From Desulfobacterales bacterium (GTDB lineage Bacteria > Desulfobacterota > Desulfobacteria > Desulfobacterales > JAOZSB01): DNA of 49,287 nt. Location of the stretch: NCBI GenBank assembly GCA_029939895.1, contig JAOZSB010000001.1, positions 1-49,287 of the forward strand. Direction: 5' to 3'. This document shows, in pieces, positions 8,172 to 18,196 of the stretch. Every line of letters begins with the position of its first letter. Position 1 is the first letter of the stretch. The notes beneath the pieces are model-generated. The model did not search any database. It worked only from the letters and a program-made list of their open reading frames with translations, and had not been told where the DNA came from. A program made the position numbers and the translations under genes.

Positions 8172-9914
8172 TTATTTCTGCTGCTGTTTTTTTCTCTGCT
8201 TTTGCTTTTTGCCCTGCTTTTGTTTTTGTCCCTGCTTTGGGGTTTGTTTTTTAACCCAGGCATCACGGAGTGTAACTGTCCTGTTGAAGACCGGACTTTC
8301 CGGGCTGGAATCCTTTGAATCAAGACAGAAATATCCCATTCTTTCAAATTGGTATGTGGTTCCAGGCCTGGCATTGGCAAGGCCGGGTTCAAGCTTGCAA
8401 TCCTCAAGTACTGTCAGGGAGTCGGGGTTGATCTGATTTAGAAAATCATCTTCGCTGTCGTCTTCCTTGAGCAGGTGATCAAAAAGTCTGACCTGTGCAT
8501 TCAGGGCGTGTTTTGCAGAAACCCAGTGGATAGTTCCCTTTACCTTGCGTTTGTCGGGGGCTGATCCGCCTCTTGTTTCAGGATCGTATGTGCAGCGCAC
8601 CTCTGTAACGTTTCCGTCATCGTCTTTTTCAAAACCGGTACAGGTCACAAAATATGCAAACCTGAGACGCACTTCCCTGCCGGGAGAAAGCCTGAAGTAC
8701 TTCTTTGGGGGATCTTCCATGAAGTCATCCTGCTCAATATACAGCTCTCTTGAAAAAGGCACCTTGCGATAACCAAGCTCTGGCTGCTCAGGGTTTATGA
8801 TTGCATCAAGTTCATCTTCCCCGTCTTGATGTTCAGGGTAGTTCTCAATAACCAGTTTGAGGGGCTTTAGCACACCCAGCACCCTGGGGGCCGTTTTGTT
8901 CAGGTCTTCACGAACGCAAAATTCAAGAAGGGCCATCTCTACTTCGCTGTCTCTTTTGGCAACACCAATCCTTTCACAGAAATTGCGAATGGCTCCCGGT
9001 GAGTAGCCTTTTCGTCTTAAACCTGCAATCGTAGGCATCCGGGGATCATCCCAGCCGTCAACATAATTGTTTTCTACAAGCTGTATGAGTTTGCGCTTGC
9101 TAAGGGCAGTTCTTGTAAGGTTTAGTCTGGCAAACTCGATTTGCTGGGGGTGGCAATCAACTTCGAGCTGGTCGAGTATCCAGTCATAAAGGGGGCGGTT
9201 GTTTTCAAATTCCAGCGTGCATAGGGAGTGAGTAATTCCTTCAATTGAGTCCGAAAGGCAGTGAGCAAAATCGTACATCGGGTAAATCCGCCATGTATCG
9301 CCGGTTCGGTGGTGAGTATCAGCCTTTATCCTGTACAGTGCAGGGTCCCGCAAGGTCAGGTTTGGGGATGTCATGTCAATTTTTGCCCTCAGCAATCTTG
9401 TGCCGTCGGCAAATTCACCGTCTTTCATCCTTTTAAACAGATCTAAGTTTTCATCAATACTTCTGTCTCTGAAAGGGCTGTCCTGGCCGGGTTCCGTAAG
9501 CGTTCCCCTGTACTTTCTGATTTCATCGGCGTTCAGGTCGCAAACATAGGCCTTGCCTTTTTTTATGAGTTCCACGGCAAAGTCGTAAAGCTTGCAAAAG
9601 TAGTTTGATGTGTAATGAAGCCTGTCCTCCCAGTCGAACCCAAGCCACTTGACATCTTCCTGGATTGAGGAAGTGTAGGCTGTGTCCTCCTTTGCAGGGT
9701 TTGTGTCGTCAAAGCGCAGGTTGCAAAGCCCATTGAATTCATCTGCGAGGCCAAAATTCAGAAATATGGATTTTGCATGGCCAATATGGAGATAGCCATT
9801 TGGTTCTGGCGGAAACCGGGTCATAACTTTTCCGTTGTTTTTATTCTGGTCAATGTCTTCGGTGATTCTCTGGCGTATGAAATTAGCTGCCGGAGTTGTT
9901 TCGTTTCCGCTCAT
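8172..9914 (-). CDS. glnS: Glutaminyl-tRNA synthetase with a Lys/Gln-rich C-terminal tail
   Basis: HIGH motif [14 protein letters not shown] and a KMSKS-equivalent ALSKRK. 580 aa, class I GlnRS-like throughout. Confidence 0.93.
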   Translation of the reverse strand: MSGNETTPAANFIRQRITEDIDQNKNNGKVMTRFPPEPNGYLHIGHAKSIFLNFGLADEFNGLCNLRFDDTNPAKEDTAYTSSIQEDVKWLGFDWEDRLHYTSNYFCKLYDFAVELIKKGKAYVCDLNADEIRKYRGTLTEPGQDSPFRDRSIDENLDLFKRMKDGEFADGTRLLRAKIDMTSPNLTLRDPALYRIKADTHHRTGDTWRIYPMYDFAHCLSDSIEGITHSLCTLEFENNRPLYDWILDQLEVDCHPQQIEFARLNLTRTALSKRKLIQLVENNYVDGWDDPRMPTIAGLRRKGYSPGAIRNFCERIGVAKRDSEVEMALLEFCVREDLNKTAPRVLGVLKPLKLVIENYPEHQDGEDELDAIINPEQPELGYRKVPFSRELYIEQDDFMEDPPKKYFRLSPGREVRLRFAYFVTCTGFEKDDDGNVTEVRCTYDPETRGGSAPDKRKVKGTIHWVSAKHALNAQVRLFDHLLKEDDSEDDFLNQINPDSLTVLEDCKLEPGLANARPGTTYQFERMGYFCLDSKDSSPESPVFNRTVTLRDAWVKKQTPKQGQKQKQGKKQKQRKKQQQK

Positions 9915-10330
9915 GGATTGCTCCTTGTATTAAATTAATTAAAGCATTCGCAAATGCTGTAATTTTTATTGTAGAAAAAAATCAATCAAAATATTTTGTA
10001 AAAAAATATAAAGAACACTATTAAGTTTAAATAATAACATAAACCATGTGGCACAGCAAATCAAAATTGACAGGATTTTTTTAAAGCCGGGCCAGCACAA
10101 AAATGCTGTTTCGATATTATTTTTGATTGAAATGCAAAACATTATTTTGCAGAAAAGGGCGTAATGGGAAAAAAACCATCGCAGTAGTTTATGACATTAA
10201 AATTTTAAATATAAAATGCTGTGTCATTTTTTTGGAGCAAAAAATGACGCAGGAATTAAAAATAGGTTCTGTGAACCAGTTTTGAAAATAGTCAGTAGCA
10301 AATATGACTATCTCATTTTAATCCCCTTTG

Positions 10331-10346
10331 CTCCACTTGCCTCCAC
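10331..10346 (-). promoter_or_regulatory. MraZ-box-like dyad 1 (two AGTGGAG heptamers, 10-bp period, minus-strand orientation)
   Basis: CTCCAC at 10331-10336 and 10341-10346. The reverse complement reads AGTGGAGgcaAGTGGAG. Confidence 0.4.
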
Positions 10347-10632
10347 TGATTTTTAAAAACGGTACTCTAAGAGTTTTTTTATGATGAATAATTAAAAAAT
10401 ATCAGCTTTATGTGACATGGGAAAAAATCATGAAGTTTTTTTGCTATCCTGTATTGGCCGATGCTGCATTGCACAAAAAAATTGGCTGCATACTATATGT
10501 TGTGTGTGTCGAGTTGGTCAATGTCGATATGTGGGAATGTTGAATGTTTTTGAAATTTGTTTTGTTCATAAATCCCTTGTTGGCGGGGGGTTGAACAGAT
10601 GGGGCGATAGAATATCCCCAAATAACAATAAG

Positions 10633-10648
10633 CTCCACAAACCTCCAC
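10633..10648 (-). promoter_or_regulatory. MraZ-box-like dyad 2 (10-bp period, minus-strand orientation)
   Basis: CTCCAC at 10633-10638 and 10643-10648. The reverse complement reads AAAGTGGAGgttTGTGGAG. Confidence 0.4.
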
Positions 10649-10722
10649 TTTTTCATAAAAAGATATTTGGGCTTTAAACTTCGCAAATCATTACAAATAA
10701 AATAATACTAAAAAAATTTTTC

Positions 10723-10751
10723 TTGACAGTTAGGCCCAAATACTATTTGAT
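10723..10751 (+). promoter_or_regulatory. Candidate Pmra promoter (TTGACA-N17-TTTGAT) preceded by an A-rich tract
   Basis: Perfect -35 at 10723-10728. The -10 is weak (4 of 6 matches). Located 30 nt upstream of the mraZ ATG. Confidence 0.35.
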
Positions 10752-10761
10752 GCTATCATTA

Positions 10762-10777
10762 GTGGAAGAAAGTGGAG
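10762..10777 (+). promoter_or_regulatory. MraZ-box-like dyad 3 (AGTGGAAgaaAGTGGAG, plus orientation), overlapping the mraZ RBS
   Basis: GTGGAA at 10762-10767 and GTGGAG at 10772-10777, with the mraZ ATG at 10782. The second box also supplies the GGAGG Shine-Dalgarno. Confidence 0.4.
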
Positions 10778-10781
10778 GATT

Positions 10782-11234
10782 ATGGAAAGCAGACTGTTCA
10801 GAGGTACTTCGTTTCACACTATCGATGCCAAGGGACGAATCATTATTCCGGCCAGGTTTCGTAACACCATTACTGCGGGCGGCGGTGAGGGTGTCATGAT
10901 CTCCGGTATGGACAGTGGTCTGTTTGCATACACTTTCGATGAATGGGGCAGAATCGAAGCCAGAGTGCTGGCAGAAAAAAGCGACAGCATGAGACGCTTT
11001 CGGCGTGTCTTTATTGGTGGTGCTTTTGAGTGCGCCATAGATAAACAGGTGCGCGTACTGGTTCCGCCTACGCTACGACAATATGCAGAACTCGACAAAG
11101 AGATCGTTATCGTGGGGGTTCTCGATCACTTTGAAATCTGGTCCAAGGAAAGATGGGAATATGAACAGGGCCTTATGGAGCAGGATATGAAGAAGGAAGA
11201 TGTGCGTAACGAGATAGCGAAGCTGGGGCTATAG
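10782..11234 (+). CDS. mraZ: Transcriptional regulator MraZ
   Basis: 150 aa. Two SpoVT/AbrB-like halves with DAKGRIIIP and DKQVRVLVP motifs. First gene of the dcw cluster. Confidence 0.95.
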   Translation: MESRLFRGTSFHTIDAKGRIIIPARFRNTITAGGGEGVMISGMDSGLFAYTFDEWGRIEARVLAEKSDSMRRFRRVFIGGAFECAIDKQVRVLVPPTLRQYAELDKEIVIVGVLDHFEIWSKERWEYEQGLMEQDMKKEDVRNEIAKLGL

Positions 11235-11236
11235 CA

Positions 11237-12175
11237 ATGACCTACAGGCACGTTGCTGCAATGCCTGAAGAGGTTATCGAAATGCTCGCCCCCAAACCTG
11301 GCATGGTGATCGCCGATTGCACATTAGGCGGAAGCGGACACTCCAGGCTGATACTCGAAAAAATTCTCCCAGATGGTTTGTTGATAGGCATGGACCAGGA
11401 TGTCGATGCAATTGAAAACGCACAAAATGTATTTGCAGGATATGAAAAAAACGTCCATTTAATTAATTCAAATTTTATAAACCTTGACCAGGCTCTTTTA
11501 AAATTAAACGTTGAAAAACTTGACGGAATTTTTGCCGACCTCGGAGTCTCCACACACCAGTTGCTGGAAAGCGGCAGGGGGTTTGCCTTTTCAAAGGATG
11601 AACCTCTGGATATGCGCATGGATCATGATGGTGATTTTACCGCAGCCGATATTGTGAATAATTACTCCCAGAAAGAATTGAAAAAATTATTTTGGGACTT
11701 TGGCGAAGAAAGATGGTCCGGGCGGATTGCAGAACGGATAGTCACACAAAGGCAAATCAGCCCAATCCAGACAAGCGGTGAGTTGGCTGAAATTGCGGTC
11801 TGGGCGGTTCCGAAAAAGGCTGCTTTCAAGATGAAAATACATCCAGGGACAAGAATTTTTATGGCCCTGAGAATAGCAGTCAACAACGAACTCGGCGTTC
11901 TTGAGCAGTTTCTTGATAAGGCAGTTGATCATCTCAAGCCAGGGGGGCGGATTTGCATTCTCTCATTTCACTCCCTTGAAGACAGGATAGTAAAACAAAA
12001 ATTCAGATTGCTTGCTGCTGGTTGCGACTGTCCAAAGGATTTTCCAATATGCGTTTGCGGCAAGGAAAGCCGCTTAAAGGTTTTAACAAGAAAACCCAAG
12101 AGACCGTCACAGGAAGAAGTAAACAAAAACCCGGCGGCAAGAAGCACAATATTAAGGGCTGGCAAAAAATTATGA
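11237..12175 (+). CDS. rsmH: 16S rRNA (cytosine1402-N4)-methyltransferase RsmH
   Basis: DCTLGGSGHS and SFHSLEDR motifs. Canonical position after mraZ. Confidence 0.95.
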   Translation: MTYRHVAAMPEEVIEMLAPKPGMVIADCTLGGSGHSRLILEKILPDGLLIGMDQDVDAIENAQNVFAGYEKNVHLINSNFINLDQALLKLNVEKLDGIFADLGVSTHQLLESGRGFAFSKDEPLDMRMDHDGDFTAADIVNNYSQKELKKLFWDFGEERWSGRIAERIVTQRQISPIQTSGELAEIAVWAVPKKAAFKMKIHPGTRIFMALRIAVNNELGVLEQFLDKAVDHLKPGGRICILSFHSLEDRIVKQKFRLLAAGCDCPKDFPICVCGKESRLKVLTRKPKRPSQEEVNKNPAARSTILRAGKKL

Positions 12176-12465
12176 ACAAAAAAAAACAATATACTCCTGG
12201 ACGCAAATCAGTGCCAGTCTGGATTTTGTTGATAGCTCTTTTTATTGGCGAACTTTTTTTTTACACCTGGTGCAGGGTTCAGTGTGTAAATACAGGATAT
12301 GAAATATCTGAGGAAGCAAAAAAATATGCCAGATTAAGAGGCATAAACAGAAATTTAAACGTAGAACATGAAAGGCTCAAGTCACCTGAAAGGATCAGCC
12401 GGATTGCAAGAGAAAAGTTGGGGCTTGTTTTTCCGGGAACAGGACAGACGGTAATAATGCCATGA
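12172..12465 (+). CDS. ftsL: Cell division protein FtsL-like (single TM plus coiled coil)
   Basis: The ATG at 12172 overlaps the rsmH stop (ATGA). 97 aa with TM segment VPVWILLIALFIGELFFYTW. Positional equivalent of ftsL. Confidence 0.65.
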   Translation: MNKKKQYTPGRKSVPVWILLIALFIGELFFYTWCRVQCVNTGYEISEEAKKYARLRGINRNLNVEHERLKSPERISRIAREKLGLVFPGTGQTVIMP

Positions 12466-14213
12466 AAAAACGTGCAGGGCAGCAAAAATCGAATGACACA
12501 AAAGACAACAGAAGCTTCAGGATAGTTTTTATTGGCGTTGTGTTCACGCTTTGTCTCATCGGCATTGGCTCAAGAGCATTCTACCTCCAGGTTTTTCAGA
12601 AGGACTGGCTCAAGGAAAAAGCATCCAGGCAGTACAGCAAGTCAATATCATCGGTTGGAACCAGGGGCACATTATTTGATAGCAGCCGCAGGGAGCTTGC
12701 AGTCAGCATAACTGTTACCTCAGTTGCAGTATATCCGGCAAAAATAAAGGATCATGCAGGCGTGGCATACAGCCTTGCAAAAGCACTTAACCTGAACGCA
12801 AAGGTGCTTCTCAGAAGAGTAAGATCGAAAAGACATTTTGTGTGGATTAAACGACATGTCACTCCCCAGGAAGAAAAAAAGGTCAGGGAGCTTGGTTTTG
12901 AGAGTGTCGATTTTGTGCCGGAAAAGAAAAGATTTTATCCAAGCAGAACACTGGCAGCGCAGGTTATTGGTTTTGCCGGAATCGACGGAAGAGGGCTGGA
13001 AGGAATAGAGTATCACTATAATGATTTTTTAAAGGGCGGCACAGACAGGTTCACCGTAATAACCGACGCGATGGGCAGGATATTCGATACACCAGAAGAA
13101 GTAAAAGAAGAAGTCGGTGGAAACAATGTAATGCTTACCATCGACAGGGTTGTGCAGTATTCAGCCGAAAAAGCATTGATGGAAGCAGTAGAAGAAAATG
13201 ACGCAAAATCTGGAATAGCAGTGGTAATGAATCCGAAAACAGGAGCATTGCTTGCACTTGCTCATTACCCGTTTTTTAATCCAAACGATTTTGGCAAGTT
13301 TAAAAGATTTGCATGGCGCAACCGGGCCATCACAGATGCTTTTGAGCCAGGCTCTACAATGAAAATGTTTTCAATTGCAGCAGCGCTTGAGCATGGCGGA
13401 CTAAACCAGGATACAATCTTTTTTTGCGAAAATGGTCTTTACAAAATGGGAAGTAACAAAATTCGAGACACCCATTCTTACGGATGGCTTTCGATTAAAC
13501 AGATAATAAAATATTCAAGCAACATTGGCGTGGCAAAGATAACAGAAAATATCGGAGGCGAAGTTCTTCACATGACATTGAAGGATTTTGGCTTTGGTGC
13601 AAAAACAGGGCTTGACTGCCCCGGGGAAACCCCTGGCTCCCTGATGAATTACAGAAGGTGGTCAAGAATAGACTCTGGTGCAATCTCTTTTGGCCAGGGA
13701 GTTTCGGTTTCTGCGGTACAGCTTTTGAGCGCAGTCTCTGCCATCGCCAACGGCGGACTTCTCATGAAACCTTATGTTGTTCAGGAAGTATCAGGCGAAA
13801 GCGGTACAATAATTAAAAGCTTTAAACCGACCGTTGTCAGGCGTGTGATTTCAGAAAAAACAGCATCAACAGTTTCAAGGATTCTTGAAACCGTAACAGC
13901 AGAAGGCGGAACCGGAACAAATGCAGCGCTCGACGGTTATCGGGTTTGTGGAAAAACAGGAACAGCCCAGAAAGTGGATGGGCCGGGCGGATACGCAAAT
14001 GGAAAATATATTGCATCCTTTGTGGGATTTGTGCCAGCTGAAGATCCTGAGATTGCAATACTTGTGATTGTAGATGAACCGCAGGAAAGTATATATGGCG
14101 GAGCGGTTGCAGCCCCGGCATTTAAGAAAATAGCCCGTGAAACTTTGAATTACCTGAATGTACAACCCCAAAAAGGCAGCATGACAGTAGCCTTTGAAAT
14201 GGATGGTAGTTAA
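12462..14213 (+). CDS. ftsI: Division-specific class B penicillin-binding protein (PBP3/FtsI)
   Basis: SxxK (GSTMKMF), SxN (YSSNIG) and KTG (GKTGTAQ) motifs, with an N-terminal TM anchor. Confidence 0.93.
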   Translation: MKKRAGQQKSNDTKDNRSFRIVFIGVVFTLCLIGIGSRAFYLQVFQKDWLKEKASRQYSKSISSVGTRGTLFDSSRRELAVSITVTSVAVYPAKIKDHAGVAYSLAKALNLNAKVLLRRVRSKRHFVWIKRHVTPQEEKKVRELGFESVDFVPEKKRFYPSRTLAAQVIGFAGIDGRGLEGIEYHYNDFLKGGTDRFTVITDAMGRIFDTPEEVKEEVGGNNVMLTIDRVVQYSAEKALMEAVEENDAKSGIAVVMNPKTGALLALAHYPFFNPNDFGKFKRFAWRNRAITDAFEPGSTMKMFSIAAALEHGGLNQDTIFFCENGLYKMGSNKIRDTHSYGWLSIKQIIKYSSNIGVAKITENIGGEVLHMTLKDFGFGAKTGLDCPGETPGSLMNYRRWSRIDSGAISFGQGVSVSAVQLLSAVSAIANGGLLMKPYVVQEVSGESGTIIKSFKPTVVRRVISEKTASTVSRILETVTAEGGTGTNAALDGYRVCGKTGTAQKVDGPGGYANGKYIASFVGFVPAEDPEIAILVIVDEPQESIYGGAVAAPAFKKIARETLNYLNVQPQKGSMTVAFEMDGS

Positions 14214-14218
14214 ATAAA

Positions 14219-15643
14219 ATGAATAATAATTCCCCAAAAGAAACATGGCCAATAGATGATGTGACAGAGGCTGTCCAGGGGAAACTGCTTGGGGAAAAAT
14301 TTGATGATGGCGAAAATGTTTTTAACAATGTTGTCATAGATTCAAGAAAAACAGGCAAAGGAGACATCTTTGTAGCAATAAAAGGTGAAAATCACGACGC
14401 TCATAAATTTATTAAAGATGTAGTTGAAAAAGGTTGCCGGGCAATTGTGGCAGCGCAGTCGAGCATCAGCAGCCTGGAAACAGGAGAGCTGATAAAAAGA
14501 AAAGTAAATGTTATTTCCGTACCTGATACACTTGCAGCACTTGGGAGCCTTGGGAAGTATCGCAGACAAAAAATTAATCCGAGAGTTGTAGCAATAACAG
14601 GTTCTAACGGAAAGACAACAACAAAGGATATGGCTGCCGGAGTCTTGAGGAAGAAGTATAACCTCCACTCCACAAAGGGCAATTTTAATAATGAAATAGG
14701 ACTGCCCTTAACACTTTTTGAATTGAAGGAAGAACACGAACTTGCAGTAGTTGAGCTTGGAATGAATGCACCAGGCGAAATAAGGCGTTTGGGAAAAATT
14801 TGCAGCCCGGATATTGGTATCATCACAAACATCGGCCCTGCCCACCTGGAGGGTGTCGGTTCAATAGAAGGGGTGCAGCGGGCCAAGGCTGAGCTTCTCG
14901 AAACCTTGGGAAAAAATGGAATTGCAGTACTTAATGCTGACGATCCCAAAGTGCTGGAGCTTGAGAAAAAAGCAACAAATGAAGTACTTCTTTATGGGAC
15001 AGGTGAAAATGCTGCAATAAAGGGTACGAACATTACGAAAGGTTCAAAGGGTGTGTCGTTTACACTGAATTTGAATGGAAGCAGTGCTACAGTTGATCTT
15101 AATATATTTGGCGATTTTATGGTTTCAAATGCATTGGCTGCGGCATCTGCTGGTTATCTTGTGGGAATGACGATTGATGAAATAAAAACAGGGCTTGAAG
15201 AATTTGATTCAGTAAACGGGCGGATGAAAGAAGTAAAAAATACAATGGGAATTCACCTGATTGACGACACCTACAATGCCAACCCCGGCTCTGTGGAGGC
15301 AGCAATCAGGACGCTTTGCGATATAAAGAACGGGGGGCGGGAAGTTGTTGTTCTTGGTGATATGTTTGAACTGGGCAGCTTTGCAGTCCCCATGCACGAA
15401 CAGGTTGGAAAAGTTGCAGCACTTTCAAGTGTTAAAAGGCTTTATGCAGTTGGTGAAAATGCAGGTGCTGTTATAAGGGGAGCCGTTGAAAACGGCATGG
15501 ACAAAAAAAATGCCCTGGTAAAAGACAGGGAAGAAGTAGTTTCAGATTTGAAAGCATGGGCAGTTCCTGGAGATTGGGTTCTGGTCAAAGGTTCACGGGG
15601 AATGGGAATGGAAAAGATAGTGAAAGGACTTATAGAGGAATAA
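14219..15643 (+). CDS. murF: UDP-N-acetylmuramoyl-tripeptide--D-alanyl-D-alanine ligase MurF
   Basis: P-loop [13 protein letters not shown] and the MurF-specific stretch [13 protein letters not shown]...[10 protein letters not shown]...NIGPAHLEG. 474 aa, single Mur-ligase length. Confidence 0.92.
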   Translation: MNNNSPKETWPIDDVTEAVQGKLLGEKFDDGENVFNNVVIDSRKTGKGDIFVAIKGENHDAHKFIKDVVEKGCRAIVAAQSSISSLETGELIKRKVNVISVPDTLAALGSLGKYRRQKINPRVVAITGSNGKTTTKDMAAGVLRKKYNLHSTKGNFNNEIGLPLTLFELKEEHELAVVELGMNAPGEIRRLGKICSPDIGIITNIGPAHLEGVGSIEGVQRAKAELLETLGKNGIAVLNADDPKVLELEKKATNEVLLYGTGENAAIKGTNITKGSKGVSFTLNLNGSSATVDLNIFGDFMVSNALAAASAGYLVGMTIDEIKTGLEEFDSVNGRMKEVKNTMGIHLIDDTYNANPGSVEAAIRTLCDIKNGGREVVVLGDMFELGSFAVPMHEQVGKVAALSSVKRLYAVGENAGAVIRGAVENGMDKKNALVKDREEVVSDLKAWAVPGDWVLVKGSRGMGMEKIVKGLIEE

Positions 15644-15645
15644 AT

Positions 15646-16725
15646 ATGCTGTATCATCTTTTATATCCCCTGCATACGCAATACTCGTTTTTCAACGTGT
15701 TCCGCTATATTACTTTTAGAACCATATATGCAGGACTTACAGCGCTGGTAATATGCTTTATACTTGGGCCGTGGGTAATCAGAAAATTACAGCGAATGCA
15801 GGTGGGGCAGTATATCAGGGCGGATGGCCCACAGGAGCATCTGAAAAAAGCCGGAACACCGACAATGGGCGGAACCTTGATACTTTTTTCAATTACTGTA
15901 TCAACGCTGCTCTGGGCAAACCTGTCAAATATGTATGTGTGGGTTTTACTTCTTGCAACAGTCGGCTTTGGGATTATAGGTTTTATAGATGATTATATGA
16001 TGCAGGTAAAAAAGCAGAGTAAGGGCCTGACGGCAAGGGGTAAAATACTTCTGCAAATCGGAATTGCAGTATTGACAGGAATTATAGTCTGCATGATACC
16101 AGGGTTTGATACCACGGTGACGATCCCGTTTTTTAAGAATGTTACCCCTGATCTTGGATGGGGATATGTTATATTTGCAGCACTGGTAATAGTCGGAACA
16201 TCAAATGCAGTTAACCTGACAGACGGGCTTGACGGGCTTGCAATAGGGCCGGTGATTATTGCTGCTGGAACATATATGTTTTTTGCGTATATTGCTGGAC
16301 ATGCAAATCTGGCAAAATATCTGCAGATAAATTATATAGCCGGATGCGGTGAAGCAGCGGTTTTCTGCGGTGCGCTTGCCGGGGCTGGGATTGGTTTTTT
16401 GTGGTACAACGCATACCCAGCACAAATGTTTATGGGAGATGTCGGCTCACTCTCACTTGGCGCTGCTCTTGGAACAGTCGCCGTTGTAACTAAACAGGAA
16501 ATACTGCTCGTCCTCGTGGGCGGGTTATTTGTAATGGAAGCATTGTCAGTAATATTTCAGGTCAGTTTTTTTAAGATGACCAATGGAAGAAGAATTTTTA
16601 AAATGGCTCCGATTCACCATCACTTTGAATTAAAGGGATGGGCAGAGCCAAAGGTAATTGTCCGGTTTTGGATTATTGCAATAATACTGGCATTGATTTC
16701 TGTGAGTACGTTGAAGCTGAGATAA
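15646..16725 (+). CDS. mraY: Phospho-N-acetylmuramoyl-pentapeptide transferase MraY
   Basis: Start chosen at MLYHLLYPL, 3 nt after the murF stop. [13 protein letters not shown] and PIHHHFE motifs. Confidence 0.95.
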   Translation: MLYHLLYPLHTQYSFFNVFRYITFRTIYAGLTALVICFILGPWVIRKLQRMQVGQYIRADGPQEHLKKAGTPTMGGTLILFSITVSTLLWANLSNMYVWVLLLATVGFGIIGFIDDYMMQVKKQSKGLTARGKILLQIGIAVLTGIIVCMIPGFDTTVTIPFFKNVTPDLGWGYVIFAALVIVGTSNAVNLTDGLDGLAIGPVIIAAGTYMFFAYIAGHANLAKYLQINYIAGCGEAAVFCGALAGAGIGFLWYNAYPAQMFMGDVGSLSLGAALGTVAVVTKQEILLVLVGGLFVMEALSVIFQVSFFKMTNGRRIFKMAPIHHHFELKGWAEPKVIVRFWIIAIILALISVSTLKLR

Positions 16726-16813
16726 TGTTTACTAAAAGACGAGGGGGTCTTTTGTTAAGCATTCACCAAATAAGTACTAATGCAATTAAGGATTTTTAAG
16801 GGTAGTAAAAAAG

Positions 16814-18196
16814 ATGCAGCTCAAGGATAAAAAAGTAACCGTAGTTGGCCTTAAAAAGACAGGACTTGCTCTTGCGGGTTTTCTTGTTAAAAAAGGTGCA
16901 ATTGTTACGGTTTCCGATTCTGCATCAGAAGAAAAAGTAGGAGAATATGCCGAAAAAGTCAGGGCAGTCGGGGCTGTTCTTGAACTTGGCAAACATGAGA
17001 TTAAAACCTTTGAGGATGCAGATCTTATTGTGATGAGTCCTGGTGTGCCGCACACAATTGAGCCAGTTAAAAGGGCTGAAGAAAAGGGCGTGGAAGTAAT
17101 TGGAGAGATTGAACTTGCATCGATGTTCATTAAAGAACCGATTGTTGCAGTAACAGGAACAAACGGAAAAACAACAGTAACTACTTTAATTGGCAAGATG
17201 CTTGAAGCATGTAACCAGAAAGTGTTTGTTGGGGGAAATATCGGCGACCCTCTGATCGGTTATGTTGACAGAGAAGAAAAAGCAGACGCTGTAGTTGTTG
17301 AAGTAAGTAGCTTCCAGCTTGACACCATAAAGAATTTTAAACCCCATGTGGGAGTACTTCTCAACGTTACCGAAGACCATATGGACAGATACACAAACTT
17401 TGAGCAGTATGCACAATCAAAAGCAAGAGTGTTTGAAAATCAGGGCGAAGAGAATTTTGCAATATTAAACTGCACGGATGAATTTGTTAAAAAAATATGT
17501 GCAGGCTTGAAGGGTAAGCTGTGTTGCTTTGGAGGATCTGAGGAAACTCAGGAATGTTCTATAAAAAATATTCACTGCAAAGCACCGGCAAACAAATCTG
17601 CAATCGACTTTTTGTTCAGTGGATTCAGTGTAGGGACAATCGATTTTAAGGACATAAAAATAATCGGTGGTCACAACTATGAAAACGCAGCAGCAGCAGC
17701 GCTGGCGACTTTGTGCATGGGTGGAAAATTTGAGGGGATTAAAAAAACCCTGGCTGAATTTCCCGGGCTTTCCGACAGGATTGAGTTTGTAGATGAAATT
17801 AACGGAGTCAAGTTTTATGATGATTCAAAGGCAACCAATGTTGATGCAGTAAAACGTGCTTTGGAAGCTTTTGATGATGGAGTAGTACTTGTGCTTGGAG
17901 GCAGGGACAAGGGTGGAAGCTTTGAAGAGCTGGCAGAAGAGATTCAAAAAAAATGTATAAGGGTAATTGCGATTGGAGAAGCAAAGGAAAAGATAGCCAG
18001 AGTGCTTGATGGCACAGTTGAAATAAACTTTGCAGATACAATGAAGGATGCAGTGGACAAAGGTTTTGAAATTTTAAAAACTAGCGGTTCAGTCCTTCTT
18101 TCTCCTGCATGTGCAAGTTTTGATATGTACAGCAGTTATCATGAACGAGGTAATGATTTTAAAAATGCTGTGTCAAATTTGAGGGGCAGGCAGTAA
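16814..18196 (+). CDS. murD: UDP-N-acetylmuramoylalanine--D-glutamate ligase MurD
   Basis: VTGTNGKTTVTTL P-loop and N-terminal Rossmann VVGLKKTG. Canonical position. Confidence 0.93.
   Translation: MQLKDKKVTVVGLKKTGLALAGFLVKKGAIVTVSDSASEEKVGEYAEKVRAVGAVLELGKHEIKTFEDADLIVMSPGVPHTIEPVKRAEEKGVEVIGEIELASMFIKEPIVAVTGTNGKTTVTTLIGKMLEACNQKVFVGGNIGDPLIGYVDREEKADAVVVEVSSFQLDTIKNFKPHVGVLLNVTEDHMDRYTNFEQYAQSKARVFENQGEENFAILNCTDEFVKKICAGLKGKLCCFGGSEETQECSIKNIHCKAPANKSAIDFLFSGFSVGTIDFKDIKIIGGHNYENAAAAALATLCMGGKFEGIKKTLAEFPGLSDRIEFVDEINGVKFYDDSKATNVDAVKRALEAFDDGVVLVLGGRDKGGSFEELAEEIQKKCIRVIAIGEAKEKIARVLDGTVEINFADTMKDAVDKGFEILKTSGSVLLSPACASFDMYSSYHERGNDFKNAVSNLRGRQ

Noticed and set aside
8144-8407. 87-aa Lys/Ser/Arg-rich minus-strand ORF overlapping the glnS 3' end
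   Set aside because: It is an alternate frame of the repetitive AAG/CAG tail-coding region of glnS and runs through the terminator hairpin.
10417-10677. Cys-rich 86-aa ORF in the glnS-mraZ spacer
   Set aside because: It has no RBS and sits in AT-rich sequence with TGT/TGC codons arising by chance. It contains one of the GTGGAG dyads and has no recognisable domain.
12022-12171. Long N-terminal extensions offered by the ORF track for ftsL (12022), mraY (15556) and atpG (40808)
   Set aside because: The extensions overlap the upstream genes or lack homology to the families. Internal starts at 12172, 15646 and 40874 give canonical N-termini and typical operon junctions.
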